Virus record (IMG/VR): IMGVR_UViG_3300032326_001134
Coordinates: 51,111 to 115,110 of that record
Direction: 5' to 3' (one strand)
DNA from: a virus
Length of the DNA stretch: 64,000 nt
Position numbers and translations under genes: made by a program. Positions 28,643 through 38,365 of this stretch are shown here, piece after piece. How positions within the stretch are numbered: position 1 is the stretch's first letter; every line of letters begins with the position of its first letter. Under the pieces are notes generated by a model, which had not been told where the DNA came from, searched no databases, and saw nothing but the letters and a program-made list of their open reading frames with translations.

Positions 28643-29713
28643 ATGATAACAAAATTTGGAAAAAGGTTTTTAACAAATCAAATAGCTGGAAACGTGCCTA
28701 ATTTAAATAAAGACATTGCTATTGGAGTAGACTACTCCGCAGAATCAGAGGATAACACCAGACTTGGATTTGAGTTTTATAGAGTCCCAGTTTTATTTGG
28801 AACAACTGATATACAAACAGAGGATGACTCCACAACCTACTCAGTTATATTTAAAACAACAATTCCTCAAGATGTTGAAGGAATAATCAATGAAATTGGG
28901 CTATATCCATCCACAAGATCTTCTATCAATAACTTTGACAGTAAGTTTATAACAGATTTTGAGTCGTATTTAGACTGGACAGACACAGATGGATTTAAGC
29001 CAGACTACCTTACATCTATTTCAAGAATAGGAAATACATTATTGCTTATGCAATCATTAGAGGGAAACTCAAATGAATACATATACAATATTGAAAATTT
29101 AGATTTATCTGGATACAGTGTTAACGACAGTCTTAAATTAGCCTATTACAAACAAGATGAAAATCTAAATTCAATTAAAATTAAATTTTACCACACAGAC
29201 GATAGCTGGTTTTTAAAAACAATTACACCAGAATCTGGCACGGGTCATAAAATTACAGCCGACATACCCATGTCAGAAGTATTTAATGGAGCTACCTCAC
29301 CAGGACCAGACAAATCAAATATAAATAAAATAGGAATTATAATTGAACCAATAGAGTCTGAAATATCTTATGTTGGATTTGATGGATTAAGAATTAATGA
29401 CGAAGATACATTTGATCCAATTTTTGGATTAATTAGCAGGTCATTAGTAATTACAAATACTGCAATATCTGGAACCTCTGAAGAAAACACCATAGTTGTA
29501 GATTCCGTAAGCAATTTGTTTGTTGGACAACCAGTGTCTGGAACTGGGGTAGCAGCAGGTTCGGAGATAACCAACATATCTGGATATACAGTAACTCTTT
29601 CAAAAAATAATATAGCAACAGTTTCTGGTTCTGGTAACTTCTATGGAATACAAAAATTAGCTGGAAGACCACTAGATCTTGAATATAGATTAGATTTGGA
29701 ATGGAATATATAA
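28643..29713 (+). CDS. Baseplate/tail-fibre-associated protein
   Basis: MITKFGKRFL...IAIG...INEIGLY, typical of baseplate wedge/fibre N-termini; AGGAG SD before ATG 28643. Confidence 0.6.
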   Translation: MITKFGKRFLTNQIAGNVPNLNKDIAIGVDYSAESEDNTRLGFEFYRVPVLFGTTDIQTEDDSTTYSVIFKTTIPQDVEGIINEIGLYPSTRSSINNFDSKFITDFESYLDWTDTDGFKPDYLTSISRIGNTLLLMQSLEGNSNEYIYNIENLDLSGYSVNDSLKLAYYKQDENLNSIKIKFYHTDDSWFLKTITPESGTGHKITADIPMSEVFNGATSPGPDKSNINKIGIIIEPIESEISYVGFDGLRINDEDTFDPIFGLISRSLVITNTAISGTSEENTIVVDSVSNLFVGQPVSGTGVAAGSEITNISGYTVTLSKNNIATVSGSGNFYGIQKLAGRPLDLEYRLDLEWNI

Positions 29714-31771
29714 ATGGCTTATCAGGATCTGTTAATAGATAATTCCGTTGCTGTAGAGGGCGGAAACTATTTCATTATAACCGTAACAGATCTAAATATA
29801 AATGAAACATATCCAATTCAGTTTAGATATAAATATCAAGACGGAACTTTTGGGTTATGGTCCGCATCTAGATTATTAGTTACACCAGGAGAAACTTTAC
29901 CAGGAAGCCCAAGTTTATCTGTAACTGATGTCGTCGGCGATGATGGATTTATTAAAATTACCTGGAATGGTAATGATAAATCTGGTAGGCCAATAACAAA
30001 CATAGACAGAATAGATATTTTTATTGATGGCGCACCATTTGATGGAACAAAAGCAGCGGGAAGTTTTAAAACAGCTGGGACACAAACCATAGCTGCACCA
30101 GCAGGACAATATGCAGTAGCGTTATACGCTATTTCAAGTTATGGAAGCAAGTCAGCAGTTAGCGATGCACAAGATGTTATAGTTACAAAATCTGGACAAT
30201 CAATTTTAAATCCAGAAGATCCTTACGCTCCAACAGTTACATCTGGCCTGGCTTCTGTAATAGTTGGATGGAACGGAAAGAAGTCAGATGGGGATGGCGG
30301 ATTTGAAGACTTTACTTCTGGAAGCTTTGCTGGAGCAAAAGTATTTATTGGCGAATCCCCAGATTTTATTCCAAGTGATAATAATTGGGTGCACACATTA
30401 AATTTTGCTAATGGTTATAATGAAGTTTCAATAGGTGTCGGAACAATAATAAATAAATCTTTAGGATTAACTTTAGGATACAACACCCCATACTATGTAA
30501 AAATTGACACGATAAACGCAAACAAGGTAGCAAACGGTCAGCCTATATCTGCTGAAGGAAACCCAATTACTGTAGCAAAACTGCCAGCTAGTGAAATTAC
30601 AACAGGATTTTTAGAAGCAGATGCTTATATTAAAGCTGGAGCAAGCAGTGGGGCAAGGGTTGAAATTTCTGGGTCAGCTAGCCCATTTGTAATTTATGGA
30701 ACAGATGGAACGACAAAGCTTCTTGAGTTTATTGGAGGATCTACAGGAACATTAGCAATAAATGGATCTGGAACATTTACTGGAAATTTAGCTATCGGAT
30801 CTGGAAATGAAATATTTAAAGCAGATCCTTCAGTAGGAATATGGCTTGGAAATGCAAATTTTGCAAGTTCAACATTTAGTGTAAGTAGAAGCGGATATCT
30901 TAAAGCCACAGTTGGAGAAATTGCTGGATGGACAATTGCTAGCACATATTTACAAAATGCAACAGGGACCATTAAGCTAAACGGTGGATACGACCCTGCT
31001 TTATTCATTGGAAGTGCATCTGGCGCACACATAAGATTGGCACCAGACTCTATAGCCCATTATAATGGGGGATCTGCAACTGGTAAATTTACATTAAATA
31101 CTTCCACTGGAAATTTAACAATGAATGGTGGAACGTTAACAAATGGTGAAGTTAATTCATCAACAATAACTGGTACAACAATTAACGTAAGTGGAAGACA
31201 AATTGGAACTGGAACTAATATTGATTACTCAGAGTCCTCAGATACTTCTACAAAAATTAATTTTACTGAAGCAAATTACAGCATAATTCCAGGTTACGAT
31301 ACTCTGTCAGAAGAAGTTTCTACAGGATATTATGATCCTATTAATGAAACTTGGGTAAGCGGAGTTACAACTACTACAAATACGGTAAGGACTCTTAAAA
31401 TTACAGACTCAATTGAAAAGGGTGGAGTCCCATCATCTGGATATTATTCTGAATTATGGTTGCAAACTGGAACTTCTTCTGGCGACGCAACAATATACGG
31501 AAACTATCCTGGAGGATATATAAGCTTTGAAGTTAGATCAAATAGTACCGAAAGGGCTTTTTATATAAATGGTTACGGCGAGAACTGGACAAATAGACAT
31601 GAGACAACAAGCTTCTCAGATCAGCCAGCAGTTCTACAGGCAGACGCAAATGGAAAAATAACTAGAGGAAGAGCCTTTTTTTCTTCAGGTGCTAGCTCTG
31701 CAACAATTTTAGGTGTGAACTGGCAAAATGTTGGACAAAATGGCGATATTGTATTTAGTACAAATAACTAG
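29714..31771 (+). CDS. Tail fibre protein with FN3-like domains
   Basis: Beta-sandwich repeats followed by Gly/Thr-rich fibre segments (GEIAGWTI). Confidence 0.7.
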   Translation: MAYQDLLIDNSVAVEGGNYFIITVTDLNINETYPIQFRYKYQDGTFGLWSASRLLVTPGETLPGSPSLSVTDVVGDDGFIKITWNGNDKSGRPITNIDRIDIFIDGAPFDGTKAAGSFKTAGTQTIAAPAGQYAVALYAISSYGSKSAVSDAQDVIVTKSGQSILNPEDPYAPTVTSGLASVIVGWNGKKSDGDGGFEDFTSGSFAGAKVFIGESPDFIPSDNNWVHTLNFANGYNEVSIGVGTIINKSLGLTLGYNTPYYVKIDTINANKVANGQPISAEGNPITVAKLPASEITTGFLEADAYIKAGASSGARVEISGSASPFVIYGTDGTTKLLEFIGGSTGTLAINGSGTFTGNLAIGSGNEIFKADPSVGIWLGNANFASSTFSVSRSGYLKATVGEIAGWTIASTYLQNATGTIKLNGGYDPALFIGSASGAHIRLAPDSIAHYNGGSATGKFTLNTSTGNLTMNGGTLTNGEVNSSTITGTTINVSGRQIGTGTNIDYSESSDTSTKINFTEANYSIIPGYDTLSEEVSTGYYDPINETWVSGVTTTTNTVRTLKITDSIEKGGVPSSGYYSELWLQTGTSSGDATIYGNYPGGYISFEVRSNSTERAFYINGYGENWTNRHETTSFSDQPAVLQADANGKITRGRAFFSSGASSATILGVNWQNVGQNGDIVFSTNN

Positions 31772-31780
31772 GGAGACAAA

Positions 31781-34159
31781 ATGCCAGTAGCATTTGTAAA
31801 AAGATCTGTCGATGGAGTTTCTAAATGGGTACAGATTAAAAAAATGTATTTAAAAAAGAATGGAAGCTGGACAGCCCTTGCTACTGCATATCTAAAAAAG
31901 AATGGAGCTTGGAGTAAAATTTTTGCAGGATCTGGTCCTTCTTTAAATTCATCTCCTGTGATAACCCCACGATTAGGTGGAAAACTTTTTGACACCTATG
32001 ACTCAACAAATGGAAGCTGGGACAATGCAACTACATATACAAGACAGTGGAGCAGGTCAGACAATGAAACTGGACCATTTGAAAATATTACAAATGCAAC
32101 TTCTACTTCATATAAAACAGTTTCTGGCGATGATGACAAATGGATTACTGTAACAGTAAGGGCATCTGATGGAACTAATTTTAACGAAGCTGCTGCAAAA
32201 GCAGTAAAGATAACAAAATATAAACCAGTTGCGTTAACCCTACCAGCAATTAGTGGTACATTGACAGAAGATTCAACAGTAACAGCCTTAACGACACTTG
32301 GAACATATTGGAAAAATACCACAGATAATACAGGAGACACAGCACCAGATGATTTTACTTATAGGTGGTACTGGGGAGATACCACTGGAGATGATCTTGG
32401 ATATAGTTCTACATACACTATTCAAAGCACAGACGTTGGTCATACACTAAGGGTATCTGTAACTGCTACAAATACAGGTGGAGAAACAACATCAACTAGC
32501 AATGAGACATCCACAATCGGTCAGCCAATAGGAATATCGGATGTTGATTTTGAGGATGAAAACGGAGATAGTGGATTTAACAACAGAGACAATCTAGTAA
32601 CAGCCACATATTTAACATTAAAATTTAAAGTTTCTGGAGTAAATACTTCTACAACGTTTAGAGTAAGATACAGGGTATTAAATAATCAAACTGGAGCTTA
32701 CTGGAGTCCAGAGAGTGAGACAGCAACAACAGCATCTGCAGCATGGCTTGTGTACGAATCAGATTACTATAATGTTGGAAACATAAGCAATGTTACAATA
32801 TCTGGGGGAGATGCTTTTATATCAGATACATTTGTGATACCAGAGATATTTAATGGATCAACATTTAGTGGTGGTATTGCAAGATGGACCTGGGAGTATG
32901 ATATAAGTGCAGTAATAGGTGGAAATAGATATTACTGGGTTCCTGGAGATACAGTTTCAAGAAGCTTTACATATGACTGGTGGGATATTGATCCAACAAC
33001 TAATCCAACGATAAGCCCTACATCAGCAACCAGGACCACATCGACTTCAGTTACATTTAGTGGAACACTCGCAAGCTACCCAGCATCACTTAATGCATAT
33101 ACACGTGCTTATAAAATGGTTTATGGTGACGGTACAGATAGCGGATGGTTTTATCCAAACTATGGTGCCTCAAATACAACATACAGTTTTACAAAAACAT
33201 ATTCAACTGAAGGAACATACTATCCATATATAACTGCAATACCATACTATGCAGCAGCTTCTTCAACTATAACTGTATTCGATCCAAAAACAAGAACACT
33301 TTCTTTTGATGCAAACGGTGGAACAGGGGCCCCAGCTTCACAAACTGGAACAGATAATGGATCGGGCGCAGTAATTACTATTACCGCTACAAAACCTACA
33401 AGAACTGGGTATACATTTAGTAAGTGGAACACAAATTCTTCTGGAATTGGCACAGACTATAATCCATCTGGATCAATAACTCTGACATCAAATGTTACAT
33501 TATATGCAGTGTGGACAGAAAATACAGCTGTTCTTTATACTGTTACATTTAGCAGCAATGGCGCTGGTGGAAGTCCATCGGTAGCTTCTGTCAAGCAAAC
33601 ATCGGAAGGTGGCACAGTTACATTGGCATCAAAAGGAACACTGGCATCTTCTGGCAATATTTTTGGGGGTTGGAGAACTGAGTCTTCTGGTGGAACCGTT
33701 TATGGATTTGGAGCTACTTTTACTCCTACTGAAAATATAACTCTATATGCTTACTATGGAGCAATCCCTACTTGTGCAGCACCCGCATGGACTCTTGCAA
33801 ATAACTTTAGAAGATCAAACACTGACAGTCAAATAATATGGTTTACGGATTTTCCTACACCATCTGGTGCCTATACAGCAATTGAAAGCATGCAATTTCA
33901 AATAAGTACAACTGCAAGTACTTCGGGTATATTAATAGGAGATTCACCAATTGCCACCAGAGCGTATCCTGGAGCATTTACTTATCCATACTCTGGAGCA
34001 GGAACAGTTTGGGGATTTAAATGCGGTAGAGACAGATCCTCAGTTGGTCAAGTTGCTGACGTTGCGTTTAATACAGCAAATAGATTTGCTAGAGCTAGAG
34101 TTAGAATGACAGGAATAGACGGACTTAGCTATCCAGGAACATACACGGGTTGGGTATAA
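31781..34159 (+). CDS. Receptor-binding/adhesin fibre with Ig-like, PKD-like and Listeria-Bacteroides (InlB B) repeats
   Basis: N-terminal KKMYLKKNGSW repeats; TYTRQW/FTYRWY Ig units; YGDG...KTYSTEGTY PKD-like unit; two units LSFDANGG...PTRTGYTFSKWNT...TLYAVW. Confidence 0.75.
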   Translation: MPVAFVKRSVDGVSKWVQIKKMYLKKNGSWTALATAYLKKNGAWSKIFAGSGPSLNSSPVITPRLGGKLFDTYDSTNGSWDNATTYTRQWSRSDNETGPFENITNATSTSYKTVSGDDDKWITVTVRASDGTNFNEAAAKAVKITKYKPVALTLPAISGTLTEDSTVTALTTLGTYWKNTTDNTGDTAPDDFTYRWYWGDTTGDDLGYSSTYTIQSTDVGHTLRVSVTATNTGGETTSTSNETSTIGQPIGISDVDFEDENGDSGFNNRDNLVTATYLTLKFKVSGVNTSTTFRVRYRVLNNQTGAYWSPESETATTASAAWLVYESDYYNVGNISNVTISGGDAFISDTFVIPEIFNGSTFSGGIARWTWEYDISAVIGGNRYYWVPGDTVSRSFTYDWWDIDPTTNPTISPTSATRTTSTSVTFSGTLASYPASLNAYTRAYKMVYGDGTDSGWFYPNYGASNTTYSFTKTYSTEGTYYPYITAIPYYAAASSTITVFDPKTRTLSFDANGGTGAPASQTGTDNGSGAVITITATKPTRTGYTFSKWNTNSSGIGTDYNPSGSITLTSNVTLYAVWTENTAVLYTVTFSSNGAGGSPSVASVKQTSEGGTVTLASKGTLASSGNIFGGWRTESSGGTVYGFGATFTPTENITLYAYYGAIPTCAAPAWTLANNFRRSNTDSQIIWFTDFPTPSGAYTAIESMQFQISTTASTSGILIGDSPIATRAYPGAFTYPYSGAGTVWGFKCGRDRSSVGQVADVAFNTANRFARARVRMTGIDGLSYPGTYTGWV

Positions 34160-34320
34160 TGGATAACGATAAAGAAAACAAGATATACTATATTTCATGT
34201 AGGATTAAATCCCTAAATGGAAAAATTAATTTAATTGAAACTGATGAAGCGTCTGGGGAGTCTTTAGAAGACCTACAGGCACAAATACAAGCATTGACTA
34301 ATTTGATTGAAATGCTATAA
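34159..34320 (+). CDS. Small coiled-coil protein (53 aa, not in ORF track)
   Basis: MDNDKENKIYYISCRIKSLNGKINLIETDEASGESLEDLQAQIQALTNLIEML; TAATG coupling; resembles 34338..34571. Confidence 0.65.
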   Translation: MDNDKENKIYYISCRIKSLNGKINLIETDEASGESLEDLQAQIQALTNLIEML

Positions 34321-34321
34321 T
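34294..34321 (+). promoter_or_regulatory. Promoter TTGACT-16-TATAAT (TG extension)
   Basis: Read from sequence; AGGAGG SD downstream. Confidence 0.6.
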
Positions 34322-34337
34322 ATGAAAGGAGGACAAA

Positions 34338-34571
34338 ATGACTATTAATTTAACAAAAGAAGAAAAGACTCAAATCATATCTTCGCATATTAAAAATCTA
34401 AATTATACAAAATACAATTTAGAACTTGATATTATTCAAGAAAATGCTAGAGTTACTCCATCTTTAAGTGCAATAAATAATTCTAATTCACAAATGGATG
34501 AAGTAAATAATCAGATATTAGCTCTTGAAGCAGAGCTAACAGCAGTTAATTCCACAACAGAAGAGGCGTAA
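34338..34571 (+). CDS. Small coiled-coil protein (possible fibre chaperone)
   Basis: Strong SD; heptad pattern; follows the fibre gene. Confidence 0.7.
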   Translation: MTINLTKEEKTQIISSHIKNLNYTKYNLELDIIQENARVTPSLSAINNSNSQMDEVNNQILALEAELTAVNSTTEEA

Positions 34572-34572
34572 A

Positions 34573-34752
34573 TTGGACAAAACACAACTAGTAATAACAG
34601 CACTACAACAGCGCATAGGAGAACTTGTATCTAATTATGAAACTCAGATTGCAGTATTACGTGCAGAAATTACTCAACTTATTGATGAAAAGCAGGAGCA
34701 TGGAAAAGCTATTCAAGAGTACTCAGACTCACTTAGTAACCTCTCTATCTAA
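34573..34752 (+). CDS. Small coiled-coil protein (59 aa, not in ORF track)
   Basis: TTG start with GAGG SD: MDKTQLVITALQQRIGELVSNYETQIAVLRAEITQL... Confidence 0.7.
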   Translation: MDKTQLVITALQQRIGELVSNYETQIAVLRAEITQLIDEKQEHGKAIQEYSDSLSNLSI

Positions 34753-34796
34753 CCCTACTTCAGTAATTACGTTTAAGTCTAATAAGGCAAACTAAA

Positions 34797-35708
34797 TTGC
34801 CTAGTATTTTTGTACAGATATCATCATTTCAAGATTATGAGCTACCACTCACAATACTAGACTGTATTGAAAAATCTTCAGGAAGTAACGAGATACACTT
34901 TGGTGTATTTAACTGCTACTTTAAAGATGATAAAATTAATCTCCCAGATGTTCCTAATATTAAATTTGAAGAGGCTGTAGCGCCAGACAAAATTGGAGTG
35001 GGAATAGGAAGATTTATAGCAAACTCTTTTTATGATGGAGAAGACTACTATTTACAGATTGATTCTCATACAAGATTTGTTAAGGACTGGGACAGTAATT
35101 TTATTTCAGACTATCTATATTACAAAAATGCCAACCTTAATCCAATTCTAACGACCTACCCAGGAGTATATCTTTATGGAGATAACGGCATTGAGTATTT
35201 AGAAAATAATAGTACTCCGTATATAGGATTTTCAAATACAGACTGGGCACAAATGGAATTTTTTAAAAATAAAATATTGCCACAGGTAGCTATGACTAAT
35301 AAAGAAAATAATATATTTACAAAAGGTGTATCTGGTGGACAGATATTTGGATCAGGAGATTTGCATAAAATTGAACCAAATAAAAAAATACTTCATTGGG
35401 GAGAAGAGACCTTGTACTCTATTAGATTTTATACTCATGGATACGATCTATTGATTCCTAGGTCAAATAACCTATATCATCTATACTATAATATAGATAG
35501 CGAAGAACTAAGTAAAAGAAAATTGCCTATAAAGTATTTTAAAGAAGAGACTAGCAGTCTACTAACAGAATCAATGTCAGAGCTATCAAGAATAATTGAC
35601 AACAATGTTATAGGATATCAGGCTCTAGGAACAAAAAGAACCTTGTCAGATTACGAAAAATATGCTAAAGTAAACTTTAAAGTAGGAGTAATAGAAGGAG
35701 AAGAATGA
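34797..35708 (+). CDS. GT60-family glycosyltransferase (Gnt1/Skp1-hydroxyproline GlcNAc-transferase-like)
   Basis: SIFVQISSFQDYELPLTI, IHFGV, GVGIGR, EDYYLQIDSHTRFVKDWD, ILTTYP, GEETLYSIRFYTHGYD, YHLY. Confidence 0.85.
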   Translation: MPSIFVQISSFQDYELPLTILDCIEKSSGSNEIHFGVFNCYFKDDKINLPDVPNIKFEEAVAPDKIGVGIGRFIANSFYDGEDYYLQIDSHTRFVKDWDSNFISDYLYYKNANLNPILTTYPGVYLYGDNGIEYLENNSTPYIGFSNTDWAQMEFFKNKILPQVAMTNKENNIFTKGVSGGQIFGSGDLHKIEPNKKILHWGEETLYSIRFYTHGYDLLIPRSNNLYHLYYNIDSEELSKRKLPIKYFKEETSSLLTESMSELSRIIDNNVIGYQALGTKRTLSDYEKYAKVNFKVGVIEGEE

Positions 35709-36103
35709 AAAATATATTCAAGACCACCCAGACACACCTAGTAACATCTCCGACTAATTTTCCTTCGGGAATTGCGGTTAAGACCAACAAGGCAACCTAT
35801 TGGATTAAAGACAATAAAAGATATAGGCTTATATCTGATAGGGCTTCTAAGTCTTGGGCATTTACAACGGTTAATGCAACAGAAGAGTCTTTATCTTTAA
35901 TTAAAATTGCTGGCAAGCTTGGATTTAGAGATGGCGCTTTGATAAAAAACATAGCAGATGGTAGAATATATTTAATATCGCAAAATAAAAAAAGGCATAT
36001 TGTAGACCCAGACGTATTTACCAAGTATGGTTTAGATAGATCAAAAACTATAGAGGTAAGTGAAGCAGAGTCAAATGCTCATGATTTAGGAGAAAATTTA
36101 TAA
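35705..36103 (+). CDS. Hypothetical protein with an internal duplicated domain
   Basis: GIAVKTNKATYWIKDNKRYRLI and GALIKNIADGRIYLISQNKKRHI repeats. Confidence 0.65.
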   Translation: MKNIFKTTQTHLVTSPTNFPSGIAVKTNKATYWIKDNKRYRLISDRASKSWAFTTVNATEESLSLIKIAGKLGFRDGALIKNIADGRIYLISQNKKRHIVDPDVFTKYGLDRSKTIEVSEAESNAHDLGENL

Positions 36104-36537
36104 TGGCAGAGACATGGAAGTCCGTAACATTTAATGAGGGTGCCCCACTTGACCCTAATGATTTAAATCAATTACAAACTAATTTAACAAATGTATTTAA
36201 TACATCAAAGTCACTATTAAATGCCACAAAAGACTCTAGCGGAACGAATAGAGTTGCCATCATAGATTCTGATACAGAAACTGTTCCTTTGAGCGGAAAA
36301 GCAAATGTCCCGTCGGCGGCATATGCAGTTACATTTAGCTCTTCCTTTAGCCCTTCTGTCGACATATCATTCACAGCCTCAGTTGGAGAAGCGCTGACTT
36401 CAAAAATGGGAACTGTCTCAGTAGCAGCAGTAGTTTCACCAAATACATTAAATGGCAAGATATACGTAACAACCAGTCTTGCATATGCTGGATCTATTAA
36501 AATAAACTGGATTGCAGCACAACTAAAAGACATCTAG
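36103..36537 (+). CDS. Small virion protein with an H-type-lectin-like C-terminus
   Basis: FNEGAPLDPNDLNQL N-terminus; VTFSSSFS...INWIAA. Confidence 0.55.
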   Translation: MAETWKSVTFNEGAPLDPNDLNQLQTNLTNVFNTSKSLLNATKDSSGTNRVAIIDSDTETVPLSGKANVPSAAYAVTFSSSFSPSVDISFTASVGEALTSKMGTVSVAAVVSPNTLNGKIYVTTSLAYAGSIKINWIAAQLKDI

Positions 36538-36540
36538 TAC

Positions 36541-36568
36541 TTGACAGTACTTGGCAATATGCTACAAT
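36541..36568 (+). promoter_or_regulatory. Promoter TTGACA-16-TACAAT with overlapping palindrome TGCTACAA-TTT-TTGTAGCA
   Basis: Perfect -35, TG-extended -10, inverted repeat 36560-36578. Confidence 0.65.
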
Positions 36569-36581
36569 TTTTGTAGCAAAC

Positions 36582-36606
36582 AAAGTCACGACAACGTGAC
36601 TTTTTT
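36582..36606 (+). terminator. Rho-independent terminator
   Basis: AAAGTCACG-ACAA-CGTGACTTT then TTT. Confidence 0.75.
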
Positions 36607-36623
36607 AATTTAAGGGATAATGC

Positions 36624-37439
36624 ATGTCTAACGACTTAAAATGGATGTTATCGTCAGATCAACAGTTTCCATATCAAGATGACAAAATGATTGAACTTTG
36701 GTTTAAGGTTATGAAATGGTTTAAGCCAGACGTGGTAGACTATTTAGGTGATACAGATGATCAGGCTTGCTATAGCAAGTACACCGAAGGCAAGCCAACT
36801 GAATTTTTAAAGGCATATAAAAATGATGATGTGGTAAATGATTTAGAGTTAATGATGAAAGACATGAGAATTGAAGCTAGTGGTGCAAGAGAATTTTATA
36901 CTAGAACAAGAAAAATGTTGCCAAAAGCTGAATTATTTTCTGCATTAGGAAATCACGATATTAGAATTTTTGATTATCTTGGAAAGAAAATTCCAGAATA
37001 TGCCAAGTACGTTACTCCAGAAGCTCTATGGAGTTTAGATTCATTGGGCTACGATTATATTTATTATGATAGCCTTCCTAAAAAACGCTTTGGAGATATT
37101 CACGTGCATCACGGTATGTCAATCTCTGCAACTGGAGCAGTAAGAAAAGATATGGAAGACATGCAGGTGTCTTTAATTAGAGGACACTCACACAGAATTG
37201 CTTCTCACATGGTTACCTACGAACTTAGAAATAACGGTAAAGGCGAAACATTAAGAGGTTATGAGATTGGTCACATGTGTGACGAAAAGGGTCCAGGAAT
37301 GAAGTATACTCAGCACCACGATTGGCAAAAGGGATTTGCTATTGCTCATATTGAAAATGGAAAGTATCCACACGTTCAAATGATTCACGTATCTCCAAAC
37401 TATACATGCGTGGTTGATGGAAAGACGTTTAGCCTATAA
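36624..37439 (+). CDS. Calcineurin-like metallophosphoesterase
   Basis: SDQQFP, GDTDD, GNHD, HHG, GHSHR motifs. Confidence 0.85.
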   Translation: MSNDLKWMLSSDQQFPYQDDKMIELWFKVMKWFKPDVVDYLGDTDDQACYSKYTEGKPTEFLKAYKNDDVVNDLELMMKDMRIEASGAREFYTRTRKMLPKAELFSALGNHDIRIFDYLGKKIPEYAKYVTPEALWSLDSLGYDYIYYDSLPKKRFGDIHVHHGMSISATGAVRKDMEDMQVSLIRGHSHRIASHMVTYELRNNGKGETLRGYEIGHMCDEKGPGMKYTQHHDWQKGFAIAHIENGKYPHVQMIHVSPNYTCVVDGKTFSL

Positions 37440-37624
37440 TGTGGTGCTCTAAATGTAATGGAAGAGTTTTTGTTGACAGAGTATTTTCTCAAAAACTACA
37501 TGTTGAACTTTTTTGTATGCTTTGTGGAAAAAGGTGGATGATAAATAAAGAGACAAGTAGGTTTGGTAAATGGTTAGAAAAAAAAGACCAGGAACTCGCA
37601 AAAAGTTTCTCTATTTCTTCTTAA
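37439..37624 (+). CDS. Small Zn-ribbon protein
   Basis: CSKC...CMLC. Confidence 0.65.
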   Translation: MWCSKCNGRVFVDRVFSQKLHVELFCMLCGKRWMINKETSRFGKWLEKKDQELAKSFSISS

Positions 37625-38049
37625 ATAATAAACTTCATAAGGTAATTAGATCATCAAGATCCAAAGATGAGTTAATGGCCTGGTGCTATCTAGATAAAAA
37701 AAGAGTTCTATATTCATTTCAAGATGTGCAAAAAAACATGGAAAATGCATACACAATGAAACAGGTTGGAGAGATCTTAGGTAGACACAAAGTAACCCTA
37801 GAGGAATATATTTTACAGGGCAAGATTAGCCAGCCCCAAAGAATTTACCCAATAGGTAACCCAGAAAGCAAATGGTATAAATTTATGTTTAGTGAATCTA
37901 ATATAATTAAAGTCCATGAGTATATACTGGAGGCTGGGTATTCTAATAATTTACCTTCAAAGGCAGAATTAAAAGCACTTCTCAAAAACAATATGATATT
38001 GTATACTAAGACAGAAGGCGGATTTGTTCCAGTCTGGAAGGCGGACTAG
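37570..38049 (+). CDS. HTH DNA-binding protein (MerR/excisionase-like)
   Basis: YTMKQVGEILGRHKVTLEEYILQGKI. Confidence 0.65.
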   Translation: MVRKKRPGTRKKFLYFFLNNKLHKVIRSSRSKDELMAWCYLDKKRVLYSFQDVQKNMENAYTMKQVGEILGRHKVTLEEYILQGKISQPQRIYPIGNPESKWYKFMFSESNIIKVHEYILEAGYSNNLPSKAELKALLKNNMILYTKTEGGFVPVWKAD

Positions 38050-38162
38050 TGTCCAGTAGGTTTATTGTATGTGATTTGTGTAGTAAAGAAATAGAAGTAC
38101 GTTGGGGAATATTTGCAAGCGATACGCTTCAAAGACATTTAAGGGCGGAGCATAAAGAATGA
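38049..38162 (+). CDS. 37-aa C2H2-type zinc finger protein (not in ORF track)
   Basis: MSSRFIVCDLCSKEIEVRWGIFASDTLQRHLRAEHKE; overlaps both neighbours. Confidence 0.6.
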   Translation: MSSRFIVCDLCSKEIEVRWGIFASDTLQRHLRAEHKE

Positions 38163-38365
38163 CAGAGACAAGAGTTAAAGTAGACTTATCATTTACTCGA
38201 AATTTAGGAAACTATGAGAGTATTAAAATAGGGGTAGGCATTGAGGACGATGTACGACAGGGAGAAACTGTCGATACAGCAACTGAGCGTGTTTACAAAT
38301 TTGTTGAAGACAAGCTTATCCAGAAAACACAAGAAATAGAAGAAGAGCTAAAGAGTGGCAAATAG
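38159..38365 (+). CDS. Hypothetical protein
   Basis: TRNLGNYESIKI; coupled ORF. Confidence 0.7.
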   Translation: MTETRVKVDLSFTRNLGNYESIKIGVGIEDDVRQGETVDTATERVYKFVEDKLIQKTQEIEEELKSGK

